From positions 32,001 to 96,000 of the forward strand of contig CAWJTV010000031.1 in assembly GCA_963845755.1 (NCBI GenBank): a DNA stretch of 64,000 bases, given 5' to 3'. The notes below the pieces were generated by a model, which was not told where the DNA came from, made no database searches, and worked only from the letters and a program-made list of their open reading frames with translations. Positions 51,153 through 60,923 of the stretch are shown here, in pieces (the first letter of the stretch is position 1; the number at the start of each line of letters is the position of its first letter). Both the position numbers and the translations under genes were made by a program. The DNA is from an uncultured Planctomycetota bacterium. GTDB taxonomy: Bacteria; Planctomycetota; Planctomycetia; Isosphaerales; Isosphaeraceae.

Positions 51153-52493
51153 TTACGAAGGAGCTCCGCTCCATCGGTTCAAATAGAGCAGACTGCGGCG
51201 GTAGGGTCCGAGCGCGAGCCAGAGCAGTGCGGCCCCGCCGAGATGTGCGGAAACGCCGACGATCAGCAACGAGTAACCGACCGCCGCTTTGTCGCGAAAG
51301 ACGTCCTCTGTCAGGGCGGCCACCACGGTCGGGCCCAGACCCATCCCGATGAGGTTGATCACGAACAGGTAGATCGCGGTTGCCTGGGCACGCATGGTGT
51401 TCGGCATCATCTGCTGGATCGCGGCGGGAGCGACGCCGAACGGCATGCTCATGAAGAAGACCGCCGGTGCCAGGAGCGTTGCCGCCCAGGCCGCCGAAGC
51501 GACGATCGGGAAGAGCATGCCGAACGGGAGCCAAGCGACTGCCCCCAGCAAAGCGATGCGCAGGTTCGCATCGCCATGGCCGCGCAGGCGTAGGAGGTCG
51601 GCCAGTCGGCCGCCGGTCACGATGCCCAGCGTGCCGCAGACCGCCACGATCGACCCGAACACCAGCCCTGTGTAACCCTGAGTCCAGCCGTGTCGCCGGA
51701 TGAACATGCTGGGAATCCAGTTGAAACCGCCGTATCCTTCCAGCGTCAGCAACGCGATTCCGAGGTTGAGGAAGAGGAAGGTTGCGCGGTTGTCGCGGAC
51801 GTAATTGCCGAGTTCGCGCAGCGATTCCCTCGGTACGGTCGTTGATCCGCCGTCGGACCGGCGCATGCCCTTGCGCTCGGGTTCGCGGATCGTCAACAAC
51901 AGCAGAGCCACCAGCAGTCCCGGCAATCCCACGAGCAGGAACACCTGTTGCCAGGGTCGAACCGTCCCGACCCACGGCAGCACTGCATGCTCCTGCCCGG
52001 CTGTGTATCCGATCACAAACCCGCCCAGGATGAGGGCCAGACCCGATCCCAGATAGATACCCATCGAGTAGACGCTCATCGCCGTGGATCGCAGCGCAGG
52101 ACGGAAATAATCCGAGATCAGCGAGTAGGCCGCCGGTGAAAGGCTCGCCTCGCCAACACCTACTCCCATGCGCATCAGGGCCAACTGCCAGAACCTCTTG
52201 GTGAGCCCGCAGCCGGCGGTCATCAGACTCCAAAGCGCGATGCCCGCCGAGATGAGACCGCGACGGCTCCGCCTGTCCGCCAGACGACCCAGCGGGATGC
52301 CGAAGAAGGTGTAGAACACGGCAAAGGTCGCCCCCATGAGCAGACTCATCTGTTTCTCGCCAATGCCCAGGTCATTCCGGATCGGGTCAACCATCAGGCT
52401 GAGGATCTGCCGGTCGATGAACGAGACGATGTAGGCCAGCGTGAGGACCGCCACGACGTACCAGGCATATCCGACCGATGGATAATTATCCAA
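51153..52493 (-). CDS. MFS transporter, spinster-like (true start may be ATG 52557 via a frameshift)
   Basis: SFIDRQILSL, LADRRSRR, RMGVGVGEASLSPAAYSLISDYF and IGMGLGPT. Confidence 0.92.
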   Translation of the reverse strand: MDNYPSVGYAWYVVAVLTLAYIVSFIDRQILSLMVDPIRNDLGIGEKQMSLLMGATFAVFYTFFGIPLGRLADRRSRRGLISAGIALWSLMTAGCGLTKRFWQLALMRMGVGVGEASLSPAAYSLISDYFRPALRSTAMSVYSMGIYLGSGLALILGGFVIGYTAGQEHAVLPWVGTVRPWQQVFLLVGLPGLLVALLLLTIREPERKGMRRSDGGSTTVPRESLRELGNYVRDNRATFLFLNLGIALLTLEGYGGFNWIPSMFIRRHGWTQGYTGLVFGSIVAVCGTLGIVTGGRLADLLRLRGHGDANLRIALLGAVAWLPFGMLFPIVASAAWAATLLAPAVFFMSMPFGVAPAAIQQMMPNTMRAQATAIYLFVINLIGMGLGPTVVAALTEDVFRDKAAVGYSLLIVGVSAHLGGAALLWLALGPYRRSLLYLNRWSGAPS

Positions 52494-52653
52494 CTCGGGC
52501 GGTTGAGCCTGAGATTCGACGCTCGGCGTCGGGGTCGGGTTAGACGTTCAACTTCATGGGAATCTCGTCTCTGCGGCGCCGTCGCCGAACGCCGGGTGAA
52601 GACTGCCTGCTGACATAAATCCGAATATTTACATGTTAAAAATTTACAAACTC

Positions 52654-53696
52654 TTATTTTGATTCGGAAAGAGACATGGGCCCGGACCGGCGCACGATCG
52701 TTTCCGCGAGGATTGCGATGGACGACGCTTCACCGGTCGGCTCCTGGCCAGGGGTCGGCTCACCGTCTCGCCCCACATCAACGAAGTGGGCGAGTCCTCC
52801 GCTTTCTGCCTGAGCACTCCACAAACGTTGTGTCATTTTGACCAATGGGGCGCCTACGTCCTCCTCCATGCCGAGTGGGCGGATCGCGTACAGGAGCACG
52901 CCCAGCTTGAAAGTATCGTGTTGACAGGCGGCCTTTTCTTCTCTGCGGAAGGCGAGCCAATCCTCAAACGTGACGTGATCGATCAAGGCCCCGGCCCGGT
53001 CATCCCAGAGGATCTGATCCCTCGGATCCGTGGCGCCACGAGCCTTGATGATCTCGCGGATTCGATGACGTGCCAGCTCCTTTCGACCCTGCCAATTGTC
53101 GTAGAGAGCGTGGTAGACAGCATGCTCCGCGAAGAGAAACGGATTCCCACGTCAAACTTCGGGTCCCATTTCTGGCGGAATACTCTCAAGTCCACGGTCC
53201 GTCCTCCGTTCGCGGGAAAGCGACCCAGAGAGTGGCCATGCACGTAATCTTCATCCGCCGGACAATGCATGATTTGGTCAAGCGGGTGAAAAGGCACGTC
53301 TTGCAGCCCATTCCCGGCCCAGCCCAGTCGGCGGATTCCGCTCTCCATCTCTCGAGCCGCCTCCCAGTCGATCGGCTTCAACGCCTTGGCCGCCCAGAGC
53401 ATGTCCGTGATGACATAACCCGCCAGCAGCTTGAGATCCTTGGGCTCGAGCGTCGGGTCCTTCCAGGCGATGATGCGGACCGGGAGTTCATCGCCCGGTC
53501 GGGTGATGGACAAGGTGTGTCGCTCGAGCCACTCCGCCGCCCGCATCACTCGCATCCGAGTGGAGCCATCATCGGGAAGGCGATAAGAGACGGCATCACG
53601 CCGCTCCGCTTCCACACGCTGAGCCCATGTAACTCCCCCGACCGAATTGAAAGACAGAAGCACGGACAGACCGGCTGCGACAGGTCTGGAAAACAA
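52654..53696 (-). CDS. Secreted hypothetical protein; frameshift at about 53148
   Basis: Signal peptide; ORF 52983-53696 joins the frame of 52654-52986 via HPFLFAEHAVYHAL. Confidence 0.6.
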
Positions 53697-53882
53697 GCTA
53701 CACCTCTAATTGACATTGCGTGCGGTGCAGTAATTCGGAAAAACGCTTGGGCGAACGCCAGAAAGACCGACTGCGCCTGCCTATCGGACCGTTGAAGGCT
53801 CAAGGCCGGTCCCACCCGGCTGCCAGGCATCGCGGCGGACCGGCCCTTGCGTGGCGCGTAGGTGATGGACCCGCGTTTCGGG

Positions 53883-55115
53883 TCAGCCGAGGATCTCCTT
53901 GGTACGCGGGAGGAGCTTGGCGAAGTTGAGCTGGTTAGGACACGCCTGGCGCGCGGCCTCGAGGTCGGCGCCGTGCCAGTCGCGTGCTACGTCGCCGAGC
54001 TCGGCGTAGAGCCTCCGGGCCTCGGCGCGATACCCGTGATGGTCGTGGTAAGTGAGGAATCGGGTCAGGTTGCCCAGCTCCGCCAACGTGCCGGCCGCCC
54101 GGCTGCACCGCCCGTCGCAGGAGGCGCACATCGTTGAACCGGCGGCGATACAGGCGTCGCGCAGCCGGTCGATCTCGGCCTTTTTCATCGGCTGGAAGAT
54201 CCGCGCCGCCGCGACATTCTCGCGGATCTGGTCGGTATTGCGCATCGAGACGCAGACCGAGGAGAACCGTTCGTCGCTCCAGATCGCATGCAGGAGGGCC
54301 TGATACGGCGTCAGGCCCTTTCCGGTCAGTTCCGGAAGCTGCATGCCGATCTCTTGAAGATTCATGTTGCCGGCGACCTGCTTCATCGAGATCAGCCCGA
54401 TTCCCGCCCTGTGGGCTGCGTCGAGGGCACGATTCATCTCGTCGTTATGGGCAATCCACGGGTTGTTCTGAAGCATGATTGCGTCGACGAACCCTCCTTG
54501 CACGGCGGCCTGGATCAAAAGGTGCCGCGACGGATGATGGGTCGAGAACCCGACGAACCTGGCCTTCCCCGACTTGCGGATCGCATCGGCCGTTGCCTGG
54601 AATTCCGGGCTCATGACCCATCGCCATTCCAGATCGAAGTTCCTGTCACCCAGTGCGTGAAGGAAGATCAGGTCCACATAGTCGGTCTGGAGCGCCTCCA
54701 ATCGCTCATTCAGTTGCCAGATGAGCTGTTGGGGCGTGTTCGGCTGGTCTTTGGTGACCAGGAACAGGTCCTTGCGGGGCACTGGCATCGCGTTGAGCCA
54801 GTTGCCGATCATCGGCTCGGAGCCGTAGCTCTTGGCCGTGTCGACGTATCGCACGCCGTTGGCCCAGGCGACGCGAAGCAATCGTCCGCCTCCCGGGCTC
54901 ATCCAGGTCCCGAGGCTGAGGATGCTCACCGAGGCACCGGTTTTGCCCAGGGGCCTTTTGGGGAGCTCGGCAGCTCGCTTGCTCTTGAGCGAGGGCTGCG
55001 CGGCGGCGGGCTGTCCGTCGCCGAGGGACGCGGCGGCGGCCAGCGCCCCGGCCCCCGTCGCGAGGAACCCGCGCCGGTCGATCTCGCCGGTCTCGATTGC
55101 ACGGTTTTCACTCAT
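53883..55115 (-). CDS. Aldo/keto reductase with a Tat-like leader and C-terminal Cys cluster
   Basis: DRRGFL, RPLGKTG, YVDTAKSYG, LVTK, LQTDYVDLIFLH, GFSTH and CASCDGRC. Confidence 0.9.
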   Translation of the reverse strand: MSENRAIETGEIDRRGFLATGAGALAAAASLGDGQPAAAQPSLKSKRAAELPKRPLGKTGASVSILSLGTWMSPGGGRLLRVAWANGVRYVDTAKSYGSEPMIGNWLNAMPVPRKDLFLVTKDQPNTPQQLIWQLNERLEALQTDYVDLIFLHALGDRNFDLEWRWVMSPEFQATADAIRKSGKARFVGFSTHHPSRHLLIQAAVQGGFVDAIMLQNNPWIAHNDEMNRALDAAHRAGIGLISMKQVAGNMNLQEIGMQLPELTGKGLTPYQALLHAIWSDERFSSVCVSMRNTDQIRENVAAARIFQPMKKAEIDRLRDACIAAGSTMCASCDGRCSRAAGTLAELGNLTRFLTYHDHHGYRAEARRLYAELGDVARDWHGADLEAARQACPNQLNFAKLLPRTKEILG

Positions 55116-55482
55116 GAGTCGTCTCCTCGCTGTCTTGCGACAGGGTGATGCGACGTTCCCGGTGCGTTGTCGCGGTACAGACCAAACTGTCATGGCAAGG
55201 TAATCACCGCCAACCGGATTGTCGAGAAGGCGCCGTTGGCGAGGTGCACAATCCTGTTGCAAGTCAACGCCAGCCCGCAATGCATCCGAGAGGAGCCGGC
55301 ATGGATGGAGCCTCGCCCGCCAGAGAAAGGGATCGATTTCGGTGGAGCGATGTTGAAAACCGGGAACAAAAGTCGGAAGGTGATCCAACAAGCGGAGGAC
55401 ACGATCGAGATCGGACAATTCGGGAACAAGTTAGGTCCATAGAGACTTCCTCCGTAGGCTCGCTGCGCCGTGCGCGCATCTG

Positions 55483-55588
55483 GGGATTCCGAATTCCGGA
55501 TTCGCGATTCCGGATTCCCGGATCATTCCCCTGCGGGAATCCGGAATCTCGAATCGGGAATCCCGATTGGGTTGCGGCCGAAGGCCGC
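55483..55588. repeat. Heptamer-built inverted repeat plus a REP-like hairpin
   Basis: Five NNNATTC units; 55489-55520 pairs with 55534-55565 (4 mismatches in 32 bp); GCGGCC-GAA-GGCCGC at 55574-55588. Confidence 0.8.
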
Positions 55589-55624
55589 GTTAGGAATTCG
55601 ACTAAACTGGGAGGAACCACCGAA

Positions 55625-56774
55625 ATGGAGCCGAACATGATAGGGGCCTATGGTCCATGGGCAGCGGGTCTTGTTGGCGACGGGCCGGCCAGGCTCTCCT
55701 TCCGGCGAGACCAGGTTCCGGCCGCGTCGATTGAGGTCTGGCGCAATCACGCGCGACAGCGGCTTCGAGACTGTCTGATGCAACCCGAGACCGGCCGGAT
55801 CCCCCAAGCCACGATCCAGCACCAGCTCGTCTACGATGATCTGCACGTCGAACATCTGAGCTGGCAACTCCCGTACGGGCCGCCGACCGAAGCCGTCTTC
55901 CTCAAGCCGGCCCGAGCGCAAGGCCGACTCCCTGCAGTACTTGGGCTACACGACCATGGTGGCAACAAGTACTTCGGCTGGCCGAAGATCGCCCAGATGA
56001 GCGACCGGATCCACCCGATGATGACGACGCACCACCAGGACTATTACGGCGGAGTGAGCTGGGCCAACGAACTGGCCAAACGTGGATTCGCAGTCCTGGT
56101 CCACGATACCTTTGCCTTTGCCAGCCGGCGCGTACGCGTCGCCGACGTGTCACCCGTGGTAAGGAAGAATCTCAAGGAGGTCAGCCCCGACTCGGAAGAG
56201 GAGATCAAGGCGTACAATGCGTTTGCTGCCGACCATGAGGATCTGATGGCCAAGAGCCTCTTCTGCGCCGGGACGACCTGGCCGGGTGTCTTCACGGCCG
56301 AGGACCAGCGTGCGCTCGACTACCTGTGCGCCCGTGACGATGTCGACCCATCCCACGTCGGCTGCGCCGGCCTTTCCGGCGGTGGACTGCGCACTTGTTA
56401 CCTCGCCGGACTGGATGAACGCATCCGGTGCGCCTGCTGCGTCGGCATGATGACCACCTGGCGCGATTATCTCTTGAATAAGTGTCATACTCACACCTGG
56501 ATGATCTACATCCCGGGACTGCCGACCGACCTGGACTATCCCGAGATTCTCGGCCTGCGCAGTCCCCCTGCCGACGTTGGTCCTTAACGACATTGCCGAT
56601 CAGCTCTTCACGCCGCCGGAGATGCAACGAGCCGACCGCATCCTGTCCGAAGTCTATGCCAAGGCGGGCGCGAGCGACCGATATCGATGTTCCTTCTATC
56701 CCGGGCCCCACAAGTTCGATCGTCCGATGCAGGCCGAGGCGTTCGCATGGTTCGAGCGCTGGCTGAAGTCGTGA
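55625..56774 (+). CDS. Alpha/beta hydrolase (dienelactone hydrolase/esterase-like); frameshift at about 56560
   Basis: PAVLGLHDHGG, ALDYL, GLSGGG nucleophile elbow and YPGPHKF; GGAGG RBS. Confidence 0.85.
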
Positions 56775-56788
56775 TGCTCCATCACTCG

Positions 56789-57199
56789 TCAAACGTCGGC
56801 GGAGGTCGGAGGCAGTCCGCTAGAGTGGTGGGTTGATCGATGTTGGACGAGTGCCGCCAGGCACGCAGCGATGCCGCCGAACACTGCAATGCCGCCAAAC
56901 TCCACGAACGAGAGGATCACACCGACCGCCAGCAGTTGATCGTGATAGCCATAAATAATATAATAGTGTGTGAAACCGACTAATTCACCCATGAAGCCGC
57001 CGATGACGAACGCCGAGGCGAGCGTCAGAAATCGCGGCTTCTCGTTCCTTCTGGACAGGAACGTCGCAACCATTCCACCGAGGGCCCCGATGACGACCAC
57101 GTAGATGAGTGAGATTGCCATACTTCCCGTACGTGTCTGCCAGTACGTGGCGGGAAGGCAAAGCGCCCCGGCTATCGCGGGTGGTAGGAACGATTTCAC
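56789..57199 (-). CDS. Small hypothetical membrane protein
   Basis: 136-aa ORF with about 4 hydrophobic segments; lower GC than its neighbours. Confidence 0.5.
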   Translation of the reverse strand: MKSFLPPAIAGALCLPATYWQTRTGSMAISLIYVVVIGALGGMVATFLSRRNEKPRFLTLASAFVIGGFMGELVGFTHYYIIYGYHDQLLAVGVILSFVEFGGIAVFGGIAACLAALVQHRSTHHSSGLPPTSADV

Positions 57200-57310
57200 G
57201 CCCGATTACTCCGTTTCTGATAGTTCCGACCGGCAAACCAGTATCGGATTACCGACGTCAGTCGATCGTTCCGGACGCTCACCGAAAGGAGCCGGCGTGA
57301 GGAGGGTCGA

Positions 57311-58762
57311 TCAAGTCGCGACAGCCAGGTTCTCCGCCGGCGCGACTCGCATCGGCTGGAGCCGCCAGTAGGTCAGCGACCGCCAGAGCCACTCGGCCGG
57401 CCCGAATCGAAAGTATCTCAGCCAGATCGGGCTGACGATCAGTTGCGCGATCCAGATCGTCAAGACGATCGCGGCCAGCCCCGTGCGGTTGATCGTTCCG
57501 AATAGGCCGAAGCCATAACCGTAGAAGAGCGTGGTGCAGACGATCGAGTGGGTCAGATAGTTACTCAGGGCCATGCGTCCCACTGCGGCCAGATGTTGGG
57601 TGAGCCAGGTCAGCGCGCCGGACTGAACGATCAGCATGAGCAGTCCCACATGCCCCAGCGCCACGATCAAGCTGCCATATACGTTGTAGAACATACCCCC
57701 GTGAAGTGAGTAGTCGATCGAGAAGCGATGGTCGATCAACTGCGTCGCGTCGAAGACCATGAGCGGCAGGCCGATTCCGTAGCCAAGTCCGACCATGAGC
57801 AGGTAAAACCGCCGCGACCGCGCAGCGGAAAAGACCCCCAGCTTCATCAGGCCCATACCCAGGAGCATCCGGCCGCCCGCGAAAAGCGCACCACCCAGGA
57901 GGAAGCCAATCGTATGCTCGATCATGAGCTGAAAGGCCCGGCGCTTGACGATCCCGACATACCCGCCGCGATGGATCGTCATGTCTTTGTCCCATTCCTT
58001 GGCCTCCTGCTCGGGGTTGGGCATTAGGTTCTTCTGGACACCATTGGTCCACCAGCCGTGGAGTCGTCGATCCCACCCACTGGGTGTTTCGCCGGCCCTG
58101 GTCTGGGCTTCAACGCGGGCCGTCGCCGCCTTCATCAGATTCATACCCCAAACGAAACCCAGGACGATCGGCACGAGCAGCATCAAGGCCGAGACGCCTA
58201 GGATGATGAGCGTCTTGGGCCGCATGTTCCGGAAGAGGTAAAGGAACAGGCCGCATTCGGCATAGAGCACCAGGATGTCGCCACTCCAGATCAGATAAGC
58301 ATGAATCACACCGATCAAGAGCAGCCACACGACCCGGCGAAAGTATACCCCGCGTATGGAGGCACCTCGCGACGCGGCCCGCTGGTCCATCAGCACCAGT
58401 CCGCCGCCGAAGAGCATCGAGAAGATCGTCATCATCTTGCCTTCGAAGACCAGATGATTAAAGAACCAGACGGCGCGATCGGTCCCCTCGAAGCCGCCGC
58501 CGCGGAAGGGATTACCGTAAGCTGCAAATGGCCATCCGAATCCGACAATATTCATCGCCAGGATGCCCAAGAGGGCGAAGCCACGGAGCGTGTCCACGGC
58601 AAAGAGCCGCTCTGTAGCCGACACCGGCGCGACTCTGGGCTGTACCGTCGCTGTCTCGGCATCATCGACACACAGCTTGGCGTTCGCCTCGTCGGAGGCC
58701 GGCTCGGTATCCAGCAGGGTCGGTTCGAGCGCCGGCTGGCCGGCTTGCACGTCGAGCGACAT
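57311..58762 (-). CDS. DUF418 (YeiB-like) membrane protein
   Basis: RLFAVDTLRGFALLGILAMN, FSMLFGGG, WSGDIL, VGRMALSNYL and FGPAEWLWRSLTY. Confidence 0.9.
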   Translation of the reverse strand: MSLDVQAGQPALEPTLLDTEPASDEANAKLCVDDAETATVQPRVAPVSATERLFAVDTLRGFALLGILAMNIVGFGWPFAAYGNPFRGGGFEGTDRAVWFFNHLVFEGKMMTIFSMLFGGGLVLMDQRAASRGASIRGVYFRRVVWLLLIGVIHAYLIWSGDILVLYAECGLFLYLFRNMRPKTLIILGVSALMLLVPIVLGFVWGMNLMKAATARVEAQTRAGETPSGWDRRLHGWWTNGVQKNLMPNPEQEAKEWDKDMTIHRGGYVGIVKRRAFQLMIEHTIGFLLGGALFAGGRMLLGMGLMKLGVFSAARSRRFYLLMVGLGYGIGLPLMVFDATQLIDHRFSIDYSLHGGMFYNVYGSLIVALGHVGLLMLIVQSGALTWLTQHLAAVGRMALSNYLTHSIVCTTLFYGYGFGLFGTINRTGLAAIVLTIWIAQLIVSPIWLRYFRFGPAEWLWRSLTYWRLQPMRVAPAENLAVAT

Positions 58763-58919
58763 CGCACATCCTCGTGAAATAGGAGTCGGACGGATCGATC
58801 CTTCTTCCGCCTCGCTCGATCGTACGAGCAAAGGGGCGGTGAGTTTATCATGGTTTTCGGCATCAGCCTAGAATTATTGAAAACCGCCCCAGAGACCTCG
58901 CCCTCCCCAGGAATCCGCC

Positions 58920-58956
58920 TTGACGGAGGACTCACCATGGTTTAGAAGTGAACCAT
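58920..58956 (+). promoter_or_regulatory. Promoter with a palindromic operator (likely MarR site)
   Basis: TTGACG at 58920; ATGGTT-TAGAAGTG-AACCAT at 58937-58956, directly before marR. Confidence 0.6.
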
Positions 58957-58957
58957 C

Positions 58958-59449
58958 ATGGGTGATGTGTTACGGAAAGATCCGAGTTCGTGGAAGCTCC
59001 CGATCCTGACTGACCCGAGGGAGTTGCCGCTCCAGACATGGGTGAGGCTGATCCGTGGCCGCGAGCGGATCGGCCGCCGGCTGGAGCAATTGTTCGCCCG
59101 GCACGGGCTGACACCGGCGCAATTCGATGTGCTTGCGACGCTGCAACGGGGAGAAGGTATCACACAACAGGAGCTTTCCGAACGGCTGCTGGTCACAAAG
59201 GGGAACGTCTGCGGACTGATTGACCGCGCCGAGGCGGCCGGCTGGGTCGAACGGAGACCCGACCCTGAGGACCGGAGGGCCAACCGGCTTTACCTGACGG
59301 AATCCGGGTGCCAGCGGCTGGCCGAGACGCTCCCCGCTCATCATGCTGTAATCGAACGGATCCTCGGGCAGCTTGGACCAGGAAAACTCGAGGAGTTACA
59401 CAATCTTCTGGACGATCTCATCCAGGCCGCCGAACATGACCCGTATTGA
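58958..59449 (+). CDS. MarR-family transcriptional regulator
   Basis: GLTPAQFDVL, ITQQELSERLLVTKGNV and WVERRPDPEDRRANRLYLTESG. Confidence 0.92.
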   Translation: MGDVLRKDPSSWKLPILTDPRELPLQTWVRLIRGRERIGRRLEQLFARHGLTPAQFDVLATLQRGEGITQQELSERLLVTKGNVCGLIDRAEAAGWVERRPDPEDRRANRLYLTESGCQRLAETLPAHHAVIERILGQLGPGKLEELHNLLDDLIQAAEHDPY

Positions 59450-59475
59450 GCGTTCCGCTCTCATGACCGAGTGCA

Positions 59476-60159
59476 TCACGACATCGGTCTCAGCGCGCGC
59501 TTGACGACCAGGACGCACGTCGTGATCGCGATGGGGTTCAGCGTGAAGAAGTTGAGGAATCCGCCAAGGCCCCGACCCTAGCGGCGTGGCGACGGGCCTC
59601 GAAGGGCATTGTGATATCGATGGTTGACAGGCGACGCGCAGTCGCGGACGACCAGGGTGACGAGGATCGTCAGGACGGACGCGGCGGACGGGATCGCGAG
59701 CCGGCGCGTGCCCAGGTCCGAGCCAGATCGGACCGTCAACCAGTCGGCTCCCTGACTGCCCATCCCAATCAGGACGAGAAGTCCATAGGGGAGTGCCAGG
59801 GTGCCTAGGACCGCGCTACGTGCCGCCGGTTCGAGCCAAAGCAGCCAGAGCCATGCCTCGGCAGCCCCGGTCGCCAGCCCCAGGATCGCCAGCACGCACA
59901 GCCGGCGGGCGGCCAGGTCCAGGTCGGCTGCTTCATGGAGCCGGCGGCCCCAGTGAACCCGCCAGGCCAGCCCTGTCGCCAAAGTGGGGAATGACACAGT
60001 CATCCAGTAACCCAGTCGCGGCCAGATCTCCGAGTCGCGGAAGTACCATCGGCCCGATGCGTAGAACTTGGTCCAGGTTTCCGGATGGACGCTCAAGAGA
60101 TGGTTCTCCGTCCACGTCCAGGCCGCGTAGAAGAAACACGCCTGCGTCAGAAAAGTCAC
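59476..60159 (-). pseudogene. 5'-truncated, frameshifted membrane protein remnant
   Basis: Starts mid-protein (AWTWTENHLLS...WPRL) with several TMs; hydrophobic sequence continues in shifted frames to VLVVKRALRPMS*. Confidence 0.5.
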
Positions 60160-60347
60160 GGCTGCCCATGGTTGGCGGCGAGGTCCATCGACCTCGCAGC
60201 CCCGAGCGGCCTGGCATGGACAGCTTCATCCTATATCGAAACCGTAGTACAATGAACGGCGGCTGTGATTGGTAATGACAGCAGATTCCAGCGAGTCCAG
60301 GCCGCCCACCTTATGCTCGGCGGCCCTGACGGAGAAGGCGGATAGAC

Positions 60348-60827
60348 ATGAACGGAAGACCGATGCAAAGCCGGAAGTTCGGAGGATGGGCCTCCTGGGG
60401 ACTCCTGATCATCGGACTGGCGGGCATGCTCACGAACGAGCCGGCACGGGGCGTCGGGAAGACCGAGCCAGACGGGCCGCTAAAGGCCGTCGTCCATGTG
60501 AACTTCGCTCAGACGACCCACCAAAGACTGGGCCTGAAGAATGTTGAGAACATCATGAGGACCGCGGCTGCGGAAGGACTCAAGACTGAGATTGAGATCG
60601 TCTGCCACGGCGATGGCATCCGCCTCGTCGAGAAGGCCCGGACCGAGTTGGCCGACGAGGTTGCTGCCATGGCGAATCAGGGGCATCGATTCGTCGCCTG
60701 CGAGAATACGATGCGCGAGCGGTCGCTAGGACGGGACGATCTGCTGCCGGGCGTCGGTCTGGTCCCATCCGGCGCTTTCGAGATCGTGCGCCGACAGCAG
60801 GACGGCTTTTCGTATTTCAAGCCCTGA
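60348..60827 (+). CDS. Secreted DsrE/DsrF-like protein
   Basis: KAVVHVN, IEIVCHGDGI, FVACENTM and VPSGAFEIVRRQQDGFSYFKP. Confidence 0.85.
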   Translation: MNGRPMQSRKFGGWASWGLLIIGLAGMLTNEPARGVGKTEPDGPLKAVVHVNFAQTTHQRLGLKNVENIMRTAAAEGLKTEIEIVCHGDGIRLVEKARTELADEVAAMANQGHRFVACENTMRERSLGRDDLLPGVGLVPSGAFEIVRRQQDGFSYFKP

Positions 60828-60923
60828 CTGCATTCGTATTCTCAATGTGGCATTGATTCTAGATACACGCCGAATCACGATGAGGCCATGTTGAAAGTGT
60901 GCCGTAGAGCACGGGTCAAAGCC

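Noticed and set aside
55483..55588. CRISPR array
   Set aside because: The units are 7 nt with no spacers, and no cas genes are present.
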